Shown: positions 1 through 13,164 of the stretch, piece by piece
How the letters are laid out: every line of letters begins with the position of its first letter
Numbering within the stretch: position 1 is the stretch's first letter
NCBI GenBank assembly: GCA_001244265.2
Contig: CDLV01000004.1
Coordinates: forward strand, 3,038,001 to 3,102,000
Source: Microbotryum violaceum
Taxonomy: Eukaryota
DNA: 64,000 nt
Direction: 5' to 3'
Program-made: the position numbers and the translations under genes
Notes under the pieces: generated by a model
Databases searched by the model: none
The model's input: only the letters and a program-made list of their open reading frames with translations
Told to the model about the DNA's origin: nothing

Positions 1-3145
<3,145 letters not shown>

Positions 3146-3149
3146 TTGT

Positions 3150-4899
3150 ACCTCGGGCAAAGGCCTCAGGCCTTGCACAGTGACTTTATCCCTCTCAATT
3201 CAATTTTACTCGAACGATTGACGATCAATATTTGGGGCAGCTTCTGTCAGAGCACCCCAACACAATCCTGGTCAACTCCTTCATCTCCGCTTTTTGTACG
3301 GACGGATTTGAGCCGCAGCATGATGGCAGTAACGCTTGCGGCAATAATCCCTCCACCGTATGGTTCCCAAAAAGCGATCACCACCGCGACTTCATTCAAG
3401 CAACCATCGACGAAGAAGTTACGAAGTGCTGGGTCTCCCCGGGCTCCGCTTTCCCTCTACCCGGAGTCACCTACAATTCAATCTTTGTAGTCGAATCGGC
3501 CAACCATAGGATGTGTGTGGTGGCAGACCACACCTCCTCCGGCCCCAACGATGGGATCCAATGATCTGATTGTCCAACAGTGTACGATACTATCATCGAT
3601 TCCATTCACCTGCTTCGTTGGCATCGTTTCTCCTCAAAGCTCCTTATGGACAACTCAGTCCTCTGCAAGCTTGACGTCTCTTTGGCGTTCATAATTTTGG
3701 TCGTGTCCAAGCGTTGGCAGGCGCAACAAGGCATAGCAATCAAGCGAAAATTTCCCGACGACAGCGTGCACACCTGGTACCACATTGAATGGTGCGGCGT
3801 CTTTGGCTGCCAAGCAATGCCGTTCCTCTGGACTAGGTTCATGTCACTTCTAATGTGGGCGGCCAACAACACCTTTGGCATCGAGCACCCTCTCGCATAC
3901 ATGGACGACACGTTCGGGATTGATCTGGTAGGATCAATGGTCCCCTTCGCGCACAATGGGGCGATTCACATAATCCCGGCCCAGCAAGCAGCAATGGCAA
4001 TGCTGTGGGGCGGCTTGAAGATACCCTTCAAACTTTCACAAGAGAAGGCACCACACGGCAGGTGTATTACCATCACAGGCATTTGGTGTGACCTGGCCTC
4101 ATTCTTGGTATCTCTCCCCGAAAAGTCAATATCAGACCTCATCACAGAGATCAATGCTTTCCTCCTCGAACCGACCCGTCACCCGACGCTTCGCAAATGG
4201 CGCCAAATGACGGGCTGGCTGAGCTGGGCGCTCAACGTCGCACCCCAGGCCCGTCCGTACTTGACTCCGCTCTACGACAAGATAGCCGGGACGAAGCGCT
4301 CGGATGCGGGCGTACACATCAACACCTCAGTGGCAACGGCGCTCGCAGCAATGGCTACACTGCTTGTAGGATTGCCCTCACTCCCCGTCAACGCCCCTAG
4401 CCTGACAAGGTGGGGTCTCAAGGATGCCGATGTCGTCGTCTACACCGACGCGTGTCTCAGCAACAATACTGGTTTGGGAGCGGGCTTGGGCTTTTGGCTT
4501 CGGTGGAAGGGCACCATGCATCACTACTACTGCAGACCGCAGCAAACCTACGAACGAATACAATTTGCCGAGACCTTGACGGTAGTGCTCGCCTTGTTCA
4601 TTGTTACGGACCCCAATAGCCCTTTCAAGCCGCTTTCCCGAGTGCTCGTGCGAACGGACTCGGCGCCGGCGGTCTACGCAATCGACTCGGGCTCGGCCAG
4701 AGATGGAGAGTACATGCCCCCTCGCACTCTCACCCTTCGGGCCTACGTCCTTGCACGTCTTCGCAAATTTGATCTCAAAGTCATCCACATCCATGGCAAA
4801 GAGAACACTCTGGCAGATGACCTCTCTTGGCTGCACAAAGACCAGCTCCTCAAGCAATTCGACCCCTTCATTCCAGGACTGGAGGGGACGTTGCTATGA
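3150..4899 (+). pseudogene. Ngaro-like RT/RNase H, disrupted
   Basis: ORFs 3232..3564 and 3580..4899 are in frame but separated by a stop; RT and RNase H catalytic motifs are present. Confidence 0.85.
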
Positions 4900-5933
4900 C
4901 CGCTATCAGACGAGAGGATGGACGGATTCTCGCTTTTGCGCCCCGTCCTCTCCTGGAGCATGGCCGTCGAGCGCAGCCCATGCTTCCACTTGGCGAACTT
5001 CGTTGCCTGCGCGACAAAACCGCCCTCAATGCGCTTGAACCTAAAACCCGTTCAGACTACGCTCGCGCACTACGGCAGTGGATTGATTTCATCACTTACT
5101 ATTGTAGTATGGGCCACCACCTACCCTATGACCCCACTGAGGATACTCTCTCCGCCTTTATTCGCCACGGCTATCGGACGGTATCCTGGGTCTCCCAAAC
5201 CCTCTCAGGCCTTGCGTTCACCTTTCGCCCAAGGCTCGGTATGGAATGGGAAAGGGTTTGCACCTCGCAACTAGTCACAAACACGATTGTGGGCAGCATC
5301 AAGTTGTGGCGACGCCCTCGGAAGCAAGCCAAACCACTGAGTTTCCGCTCAGTTGCTTTTGCGCTTCACGCGGCAGTGAGTAACCCTCATCTTGACTACG
5401 ACTCATTACTGTTCTTGGCAATGGTCGCCTTGGGCTTTGCCTCCTGCACTCGTAGCGCGGAGCTTGCGTTACCATCAACAATCCAATTCCACAACCTGGC
5501 CAAGCTCCCATGTCGGAGTACCGTACAAATGAAGGACGGTGGGTTCTCGGTCCATTTACCGTACCACAAGGCGGACCGCCAGTGGCAAGGCTTGTACCTC
5601 TACTTCACTTGCAACACCACCGACCCCGTTTTCATCACTATTCTGCGTCGCTACCTGTATGCTAGGGATCAAAGGTACCCAACTTCCCCACTCCTGTTTG
5701 TGACAAAGGCGGGGCTCCCACCCACCCGCACCTGGTTTGTCAGCCGCCTGCGTCGCACCTTTGGACCAAGCTACAGCGGCCACTCTCTGCGCTCGGGTGG
5801 CGCCACTCACTATGCTCTCGGGGGCCTCCCCGCAGAAGTCATCAAACGACTTGGTTGCTGGCGCTCCTCTGCTTGGGAGAATTATGTTCGGGCCTCCCCT
5901 CAACTGCAGCAAGCCCTCCTAAGCTTGGCATAA
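4896..5933 (+). CDS. Tyrosine recombinase of the Ngaro-like element (345 aa from ATG 4896)
   Basis: Catalytic set R (CTRSAEL), K (HKAD), HxxR (GHSLRSGGAT), W (LGCW), Y (ENYV); the ATG overlaps the RT/RH stop as ATGA. Confidence 0.9.
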   Translation: MTAIRREDGRILAFAPRPLLEHGRRAQPMLPLGELRCLRDKTALNALEPKTRSDYARALRQWIDFITYYCSMGHHLPYDPTEDTLSAFIRHGYRTVSWVSQTLSGLAFTFRPRLGMEWERVCTSQLVTNTIVGSIKLWRRPRKQAKPLSFRSVAFALHAAVSNPHLDYDSLLFLAMVALGFASCTRSAELALPSTIQFHNLAKLPCRSTVQMKDGGFSVHLPYHKADRQWQGLYLYFTCNTTDPVFITILRRYLYARDQRYPTSPLLFVTKAGLPPTRTWFVSRLRRTFGPSYSGHSLRSGGATHYALGGLPAEVIKRLGCWRSSAWENYVRASPQLQQALLSLA

Positions 5934-5975
5934 ACCCCGTATCTTCCATCTCCCGATCATCAACAACAATACACA

Positions 5976-6283
5976 TTACGGGATGCCGGGTTTCATGCCT
6001 GATACTGCAACTCGACTCATTGTAAGGCCCGTGCGCCTGACCCTTAGGAGAAGAGACGCGCGCCTGAGCACTCTTAGTCTCTCCTCAGCGACTAACGTAG
6101 AGTGTCCAGGTGAGCCCAAGTGTATCAGAAGGCATTGTCATAGTAGCGACTAACGTAGAGTGTCCAATGTCAATCCTACATACTTTGGTCCTGTGATCTT
6201 ATTGTTGTTGCTCCGGTGTGCACTCCTACGGGGTGTATTACACTCATACCCCGCTACCTAGCCACACTTCTACGAAAGAGTCA
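5976..6283 (+). repeat. Direct repeat copy 1 (B1-like), interrupted by a solo LTR
   Basis: TTACGGGATGCCGGGTTTCATGCCTGATACTGCAACTC...GCTACCTAGCC...AAGAGTCA matches 11244-11328 once 6021-6247 is removed. Confidence 0.85.
6021..6242 (+). mobile_element. Solo LTR (222 bp), diverged relative of the Gypsy-2 LTR, opposite orientation
   Basis: TGTAA...TTACA termini; TSD CTCAT (6016-6020, 6243-6247); aligns to the reverse complement of 10456-10678. Confidence 0.93.
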
Positions 6284-6619
6284 TTCGCTTTTCGGCTTTT
6301 GCTGCGAGAGTTTGACACTGAGGACTTTAGCGCGCGCAAATTCAACACCCCCAGCCGTAAGCCGTGCCCGCACGCCTGCCTCGTGCACAAGCCTTGGCCC
6401 ATAAGCCGCACCCGCGCAGGAATTTCCCCAAGCATGCTCCCACTGCACTGGGTCAGTTCCGCACTGCCTGCTGTTGCCATACCAGTATTCGCTGCGTACC
6501 TTTGCCACCTCCTGCCAAGGTTGGTTGCCGTCCTAGATCTCTTCCTGCCCTCACGCCCTCTGGCTGACAGGTTCCGAGCATCTCACAGGACCTCCCCAGC
6601 GATACGCACACGCAACTGC

Positions 6620-6784
6620 TGTAATACACCCCGTTGAAGTGTACACCTGAGCGGCGACGACAAGGATCACAGGACCAAAGTATGTAGAATTGACACTGGA
6701 CACTCGTATCAGTCGCTGGAGAGAGACTAAGAGTGCCCAGGCACGCGTCCCCTCCTCCTAAGGCCCAGGCGCACGGGCCTTACA
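6620..6784 (-). repeat. 3' LTR of Gypsy-2 (165 bp)
   Basis: TGTAA...TTACA; purine-rich tract adjacent on the minus strand; lacks 58 bp present in the 5' LTR. Confidence 0.95.
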
Positions 6785-9700
6785 CTCTCCACCACCTAAA
6801 CCAAACTCTCCTCCCTCCTTGCCTTGTCCTCCCCCCACCTTCCCCCTCTCCCACTCTTCCAACACCGCGGTGTCCTCCAGGTGTGAGCACGGCTCCCATG
6901 TGTTGTCGCTGTCTGCCCACCCCTTCCATTTCACCAAGAACCTCTTCCTTGACCCCTTTCCCTTTTTGTCCACAATCCGTTCTACCTCCCACTCCTCGTT
7001 TCCTTGGACGATAATGGCCGCTGGTTCCGTTGCCTCTCGTCCTGGGAACACCCCCCCATTGTTCTTTACCCAGCGTCGGAGCTTGGAGGCGTGGAAGACG
7101 TTGTGCGACTTGTCTCCTGCCTTGAGCTTCAGCTTGTAATTTGAGGTTTCTGGTCGTGCTGCTAGGACTTTGTAAGGGCCGTCAAACCGGGGAAAGAGTT
7201 TGGCTGACCGTGCTTCCCCATCGGCCTTGTACCGCAGTCGTCGATCCCGCGAGTCGACTAAGACCATGTCGCCAACTGCAAACCCGGGCTCCGGTTTCCT
7301 CGCCTTGTTGCTCTGGTTGGCCTGCCGGATCTTTGCAATTGCCAAATTGTCTCGGGCTTCCGCAACCACTGCTTCACGTTGTTCCATGATGGATTTGACT
7401 GCCTGTGATGTGGTTGAGCCTTCCACTGGGGTGATCGGTGTCAGCTCCGGTGTGAACCCGAGTACCACTTCACATGGTGTCTTCCCCGTCGACCTGTTCA
7501 TACTGGAGTTGATCACAAACTCCACCGTAGCCAAGTGCTTTGACCAGTTGTTTTGCCGTTGGTTGACCATTGTTTGCAGGACTTGGATCACGGTCCGATT
7601 TGTTTGCTCGCTTCGGCCGTCCGTTTGTGGGTGGAAAGCCGTCGATGTTGCCAGTTTCGTTCCCAGCTGGCCCATGTACGCTCGCCAGAACTTGCTTGTG
7701 AAAAGCTTGTCGCGGTCCGAGACCAGTACTCGTGGCATGCCAAAGTGTCAATGCCACCCCTCAAAGAACCGGTCCGCGATTGTAGTCGCGTCGTCCATTG
7801 TGCGGCAAGGGATGAGGCGAACGTAGCCTGAAAGGCGATCTGTTACCATAAGCAGTGCATCATTACCGTTGCTAGGTACAAGTGGCCTGACAAAGTCTAG
7901 GCCAACTTCCCGCATTGGCCGGTCAGGCACATTCAAATTGTGGATCCGACCGGCGAAACCGGTGCCATGCATCTTCATTGTTTGACAAGCAGCACAGGAC
8001 TCAACGTAATCTTTGCACACATCCTTCATTCCCGACCAGATAAAGTTGCGGCGCAGGTGTTTGTACATCTTGTGTAGTCCAAAATGGCCTGCGGCGTCAT
8101 GCGCGTCATGTAGCGCGTCCTCCCAAAAGTTCCCCGTCTTTGGCAGGAGGATCCGTCCCTCGAACTGTGCAATTCCATTGTTGACTGAGTAGCCTGGTGT
8201 TGAGTCGATGTTCTTGATAGCTTGTTGACATTGCGGGTCCTTGCGGTAACCGTCCCTGAGTTTGCAAAGGAAGGCCGGATCGAGAGTCACCTCCGCCACA
8301 ACGTTGACATCGTCGCTCGCATGGCGGCCGGCTGTGGGTTCCTCCGGGAAAGAGTAACGACTCAATGCATCAGCCACGGTGTTCTCTGGACCTTGTACAT
8401 ATACAATCTCAAAGTTGTAATTAGCCAGTCGTTCGGTCCAACGAGTTTGTTGTTGTGAAAGGCTTGGCTGCTTCATCAAGCCCGCCAAGGAGTGGTGGTC
8501 TGTGAGGATCTTGAATTGAACACCCAAAAGGTCCACCCGCCAGTGATGAAGGGCGTCCACAATTGCAAGCAATTCCATCTCGTGTGCTGCATAGTTGCCT
8601 TCCGCTGGGTTGTACTGTCGTGACCAATAGTCTGCCGGCATGGCCGTCTGCCATTCCTTTCCTTGACTGAGTGCCGCCCCGATTCCCCAATTGCTCGCAT
8701 CCATCATCAGCCACAATGGGTCGCCCTTGTTGGAATGGTCAATGGGATGTAGCGAAGGAAGGTTCCCCACCAAGGACTTGATCGCCTCAAACACCTTGTT
8801 GTGCTCTCCCATCCAGCCTTCGTCAACATGCACCCCTTTCCATGTCAGCGGGACTAAAACCGCCGTCAAGTCCGCAAGCTTGTCGATGAACTTCCGCAGA
8901 TACTGCACCAGACCCAGGAATCCCCGCAATTGCTTCACCGTCCTTGGTTGCGGCCACTGTTGGATTTGCTCCACCTTGTTGGGGTTGACCTTGATGCCTT
9001 CCCGAGTGATCTGGTGGCCGAGGAAAAAGCACTTGGCAGCAAACAGTTCCGTCTTCTTCGGCGATACGCACAGATCCGCCCGTCTCAGCGCCTCCAGGAC
9101 TAGTCGCACCCGTCGTTCATGTTCCTCCAAGGTGTCGGCAAAGATTGTGATGTCGTCGAGGTACACGAAACACACACTCCCAATAAGGTCTCCGAGTGCC
9201 TCGTTGACTCGGCGCTGATGCGTTGCCGGTGCGTTGCAGAGGCCCATCGGCATTACTGTCCACTCAAAAAGTCCCCACGGCGTTATCACTGCCGTCTTCG
9301 GGATGTCCTCCTCCGCCATTTTGGTTTGGAAGAAGGAGTTCGTCATGTCAATCTTCCCCCAAAACCGTGTCTTCGAACAGATTGACAGAATCTCATCCGG
9401 AAGCGGTAACGGTGTGCGGTTGCGAACGGTTCCTTCATTGAGCACTCGATAGTCGCAGACCATTCGTGGCTGGATGGACGGGTCCTTGTCTATACCCTTC
9501 TTCGGAATGACAAACGCCGGGGAGGCAAACTCCGATGACGATTTGCGGAGGCGGCCGGCGGTCACGTGCTGGTCGATCAAGCGTTTCCACGGCGCGCGGT
9601 AACGGTGACGCTTCGTTTGGCATTCCTCGCCGCGCCCCACTGGGGGTAAGGTCCGAAGACCGGCGCAAGAAGGTCGATCTTGACGTTAGGCACGGTCGGA

Positions 9701-10359
9701 TGTGGCACCAGAATCTCGTGTGCCGCAAAGTCAATGGTGACCTTGTGTTTTACGAGGAAGTTGAACCCCAGTACCACTTCCAAGGGCTCCTGCAGTTTAG
9801 CCATCTTCAGAATTGTGTGTCCCGCTTCCCATGTGCCGTTCTCGAGCGTGATCGGAATCTTTACGAACGAGGTAACATGAAACGCGCGTGCTTGGCCTTT
9901 GATTGCAGTTTTGACCAATGTAGGAACAGGGAGACGATGCACAACTAACTCCAGTTTCTCAACCTTATCTGCGATAAAGGAGGAAGAGGCCCCGGAGTCA
10001 GCAAGTGCCTGCAACGTCTTTGAATTCGTGTCGTTGTGCAGAGTGATGGGGATGGTGGAGATGAACTGAGGGGCGTACTCGTTTTCTTCATCCGTTGAGA
10101 TGTCGTCTTCTGAGTTTTCCGCAATATGATGGAGGGTGTCGTTCTTGGCCGCTTTCGCCTTCTTCTTTTCGAACTCGGCCCACCCCTCCGGGACATCCGG
10201 TGCCTGCTGCCAGTTGGCTGTACAGTCGCTCGCGCGGTGACCCGTGTTGATGCGTCTGCAGCTAAAGCAACCCTCCTGCTCATCGTCCGAGCTGTCCTCC
10301 TTTTCCTCTGGCACTGATGATGGCGCTGGTTGGGCGGTGGATTTCTTGCCACGCGCCAT
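6758..10359 (-). pseudogene. Gypsy-2 gag remnant and pol (PR-RT-RH-IN-chromodomain)
   Basis: ORFs 9577..10359, 7748..9640 and 6758..7738; frameshift near 9600 and a stop at 7748. Confidence 0.92.
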
Positions 10360-10455
10360 GTTTGTCCGTTACCGTTCATTGTCGTTCGTTTGTTCCGCGG
10401 GTGTGTCGCTGGCGCACGTGGCAGTGTGCGTCTTTGACCGGTGTGAAAAAAAAAG

Positions 10456-10678
10456 TGTAATGCACCCCGTTGGAGTGTACACCTGAGCGGCAACGACAAG
10501 GATCACAGGACCAAAGTATGTAGAATTGACACTGGACACTCGTATCAGTCGCTGGTATGACAATGCCTTCTGATCCACCTTGTGCTCACCTGGACACTCG
10601 TATCAGTCGCTGGAGAGAGACTAAGAGTGCCCAGGCGCGCGTCCCCTCCTCCTAAGGCCCAGGCGCACGGGCCTTACA
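10456..10678 (-). repeat. 5' LTR of Gypsy-2 (223 bp)
   Basis: TGTAA...TTACA; 24-bp internal direct repeat at 10532-10555 and 10590-10613. Confidence 0.95.
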
Positions 10679-11243
10679 ACTGCCTCCCAGTCTTCTGCCC
10701 TGCCAGACTACGACGGACAGCTGCCCACTGCGTACGCCTCTTCTTCTCAACCTTCCTTGTTGGAATGTTGACTGACTGTTCATACCCTGTATGCAGCCGT
10801 TCTGCCCTACACCTGCCAGTGTAGCCGCACCTTCTTCTGCTGAGTACCGAGTCACGCTCCCGGAGCTAAGGTACATAAGGTACATCACTCCCCCGCATCA
10901 GGCTCTACCTTTTGGTACTCCTGCTCACAACTGTCCTTGTTGGGCATGTTGGCTTACTTGGCTACCTTGCGCTACAGACTACACTTGCCACCCAACGTGC
11001 CAGCGTTCAGGGTCGGTTTCCTTCTTTCAAGTGTGTCACGCTTTCCAAGCAAAGGTATGCCAAGCCTCCCAGTCTTTGCAGTATTTCTGAGTACTAATAG
11101 GATCCACGCTTTCCAAGCAAAATGTCCTATTTTTGAGCTCCTCTCACCCACCCTAAAAATAAAAATAAAATAAAATATCCTTGTTGGTACTGATCTCTGG
11201 GTCTCTCGTCTTGTGGGTACTTTCTTTCAACCCATTCCGTTTG

Positions 11244-11328
11244 TTACGGGATGCCGGGTTTCATGCCTGATACTGCAACTCAACTCATACCCGGCTGGCT
11301 ACCTAGCCGCGCTTTTGCAAAAGAGTCA
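11244..11328 (+). repeat. Direct repeat copy 2 (B2-like) of the Ngaro-like element
   Basis: First 45 bp differ from 5976-6020 at one position; similarity continues to AAGAGTCA. Confidence 0.85.
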
Positions 11329-11555
11329 AGCGCGCTTCGCGCCGCTACCGGGCGTGTACCTTTGGGCATGCCTGAGGTGGCGCGCGGCTGGAATGCAGTC
11401 TGTGCGTAGCGCAGAAAATTTTCTGAGCATTGTACAGCTTGTAGAGTCGTTTTAAAATTATTCAACACTAGGCGGCCCTCTTTTTTGGACATTCTCAGTC
11501 AGAATCCGGGAAAAAAATGGACATTTTGCCTCGAAAAAGCTGCTTGCGCCTGTGT

Positions 11556-11584
11556 CAGGACCCCGAAAGCCCAGCCATAGGCGC
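11556..11584 (+). repeat. Terminal inverted repeat copy of the P-like transposon family
   Basis: CAGGACCCCGAAAGCCCAGCCATAGGCGC matches 58970-58998 (direct) and 26271-26300 (inverted). Confidence 0.8.
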
Positions 11585-11849
11585 ATGCGGAAAAACGCCC
11601 TTTTTGGCCATTTTGTCAAAGGTTTTTACCCTATTTTGGCCCCAAAATGTCAAGATTAACGCACCGCGGGGCGGCGACGAGGCCCTGAACCTCCCTCCAC
11701 TGCACTGTGCCCTGTATAAAGTCACAGTCACAGTCACACTCACACAACCATGGCCCAAGGATAGGCAGTACCTCCTACTTAGCCGAAACTGAATAACCAC
11801 CACAAGACAAGGCTAGAGGCTCTAACGACAAATCCACATTTCGTTCAAG

Positions 11850-12770
11850 AGCCAGCCGCGCGTCCGGAGGAGACTTCACGATCCTTGTCGGCGGCCTCTG
11901 CTCCGAAGTCATTGACGCCGTCGCCTGCGCGTGAGGCGGACTCATGTTCGGCTGACGAGCCCTGCATGTACGCAGTCGAACCTCTACAGGAGTACGAGCT
12001 AGTATCTTAACTGCCTGGCTGGGATCAGATTCCAACTTTATGGCCTGCTCCCATCACTGAGGCGGATCGGGCTTTACGGCCTGCTCTCATTCCCGAGCCT
12101 GGTGTGCCTTTACTGCCAGCGCTGCCTCAACTTCCTCGTTTTCAACGCGGACCATGGTGAGGTTGCTCCTATTCCTTTACCAGCTGGCGGCCCGTTGGCT
12201 GAAGGGGTTGAAGACGAAAGAGGAGCCTATCGATCATCGACGCGAGGAGGCTGTTGAGGCTGTTAACATTTACGAAGACGACGACCCTGCGGAGCGTGAT
12301 CCGCCTCTACCTCCTGACGATGGTCACAAGTACCGGCCTTATCATGTCGGTCGCACCCCGGGCCTGCTCAAGAACATTAACGAGGGCAACACTCTACCGG
12401 TTCGCACGCGTGCTCAGCGTCGCGTCGCCGCCCTCAGTATTGTGTCCACAACCAGAGCTCATCGCTTTGGTTTCCACTCGTCATCCACCGTTTCCCAAGA
12501 CCTTCAGGAATGCGATGGCTTCGCCTGAGGCAAAGTCCTGGTACACTGCGTTGGTCAAGGAACTTAACGCCATTGGCTTGCATAAGGTGTTCAAGCTTTC
12601 GAGTCCACCTACTGGGGCTCGTGCCCTGGGCTATCATTGGGTGTTTGCTCGAAAGGAAGACGCCGAGGGCAACATCATCAACTACAAGGCTCAGCTAGTC
12701 GTCGAAGGCTTTGCTCCACGACTGGGGATCGACTACAACAAGACGCTTGCTCTTGTCTCAAATCCTGAGG
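11850..12770 (+). pseudogene. Ty1/Copia pol fragment (IN-RT linker and RT start)
   Basis: PKTFRNAMASPEAKSW...ALGYHWVFARK...YKAQLVVEGFAPRLGIDYNKT in ORF 12254..12784; no LTRs seen; left limit approximate. Confidence 0.85.
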
Positions 12771-13164
12771 GGCACGAAGTTTAGGCACCTGTGCCACTGC
12801 ATTTGCCGGAGGACCTGTCCCTCCAAGCGCGAGCCTCGACGGTGCAGACAAGCGCACACAGATCACCTTCACGGAGGATGGTGCGTGCAAATCGCCCGGG
12901 GTGCCCATGGACAGTCAGGGGAGTGGCGCCGGAAATCCTTCGGCGCACTTGCGACCGGTAAAAAGCCCCTCTCGGACATCCGCATGAAATCGACTGTAAT
13001 TGGGCAGGTCAAGAAGGTTCTCCCAAGCAATTCGCCCCTTGTGCATTTTCCCAATGACTGCACACACGCTTGTTGGCCCAATCATCAGATCCTGGAGCCT
13101 ACAAAAGCGAAAATGTAAATTACTACTTACACCTTGGGGATGAAGACCACCTGCAGCTTCGCTG

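Larger units (their letters stand above)
6620..10678 (-). mobile_element. Chromodomain-bearing Ty3/Gypsy element (Gypsy-2), both LTRs, internally deleted
   Basis: LTRs 6620-6784 and 10456-10678; TSD ACTGC (6615-6619, 10679-10683); PR (LADSGAS), RT (YLDD), RH, IN (HDAHD, CAAC, SDRD, QTDGRSE), chromodomain (WEVERIV...FLVKWKGW...TWEP). Confidence 0.96.
3146..11328 (+). mobile_element. Tyrosine-recombinase retrotransposon (DIRS order, Ngaro-like); 5' part cut off by Gypsy-1, 3' region carries two Gypsy insertions
   Basis: RT (YMDD), RNase H (VYTDAC, RTDS, NTLADDLS), then a tyrosine recombinase ORF; split direct repeat at 5976-6283 and 11244-11328. The right boundary is inferred from that repeat. 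Confidence 0.8.

Noticed and set aside
4827-5933. Phage or bacterial integrase (horizontal transfer)
   Set aside because: It directly follows RT/RNase H in the standard DIRS-order layout.
10446-10678. Tf1-type self-priming for the Gypsy elements
   Set aside because: None of the three LTRs contains a sense-strand A-run complementary to the T-tract.
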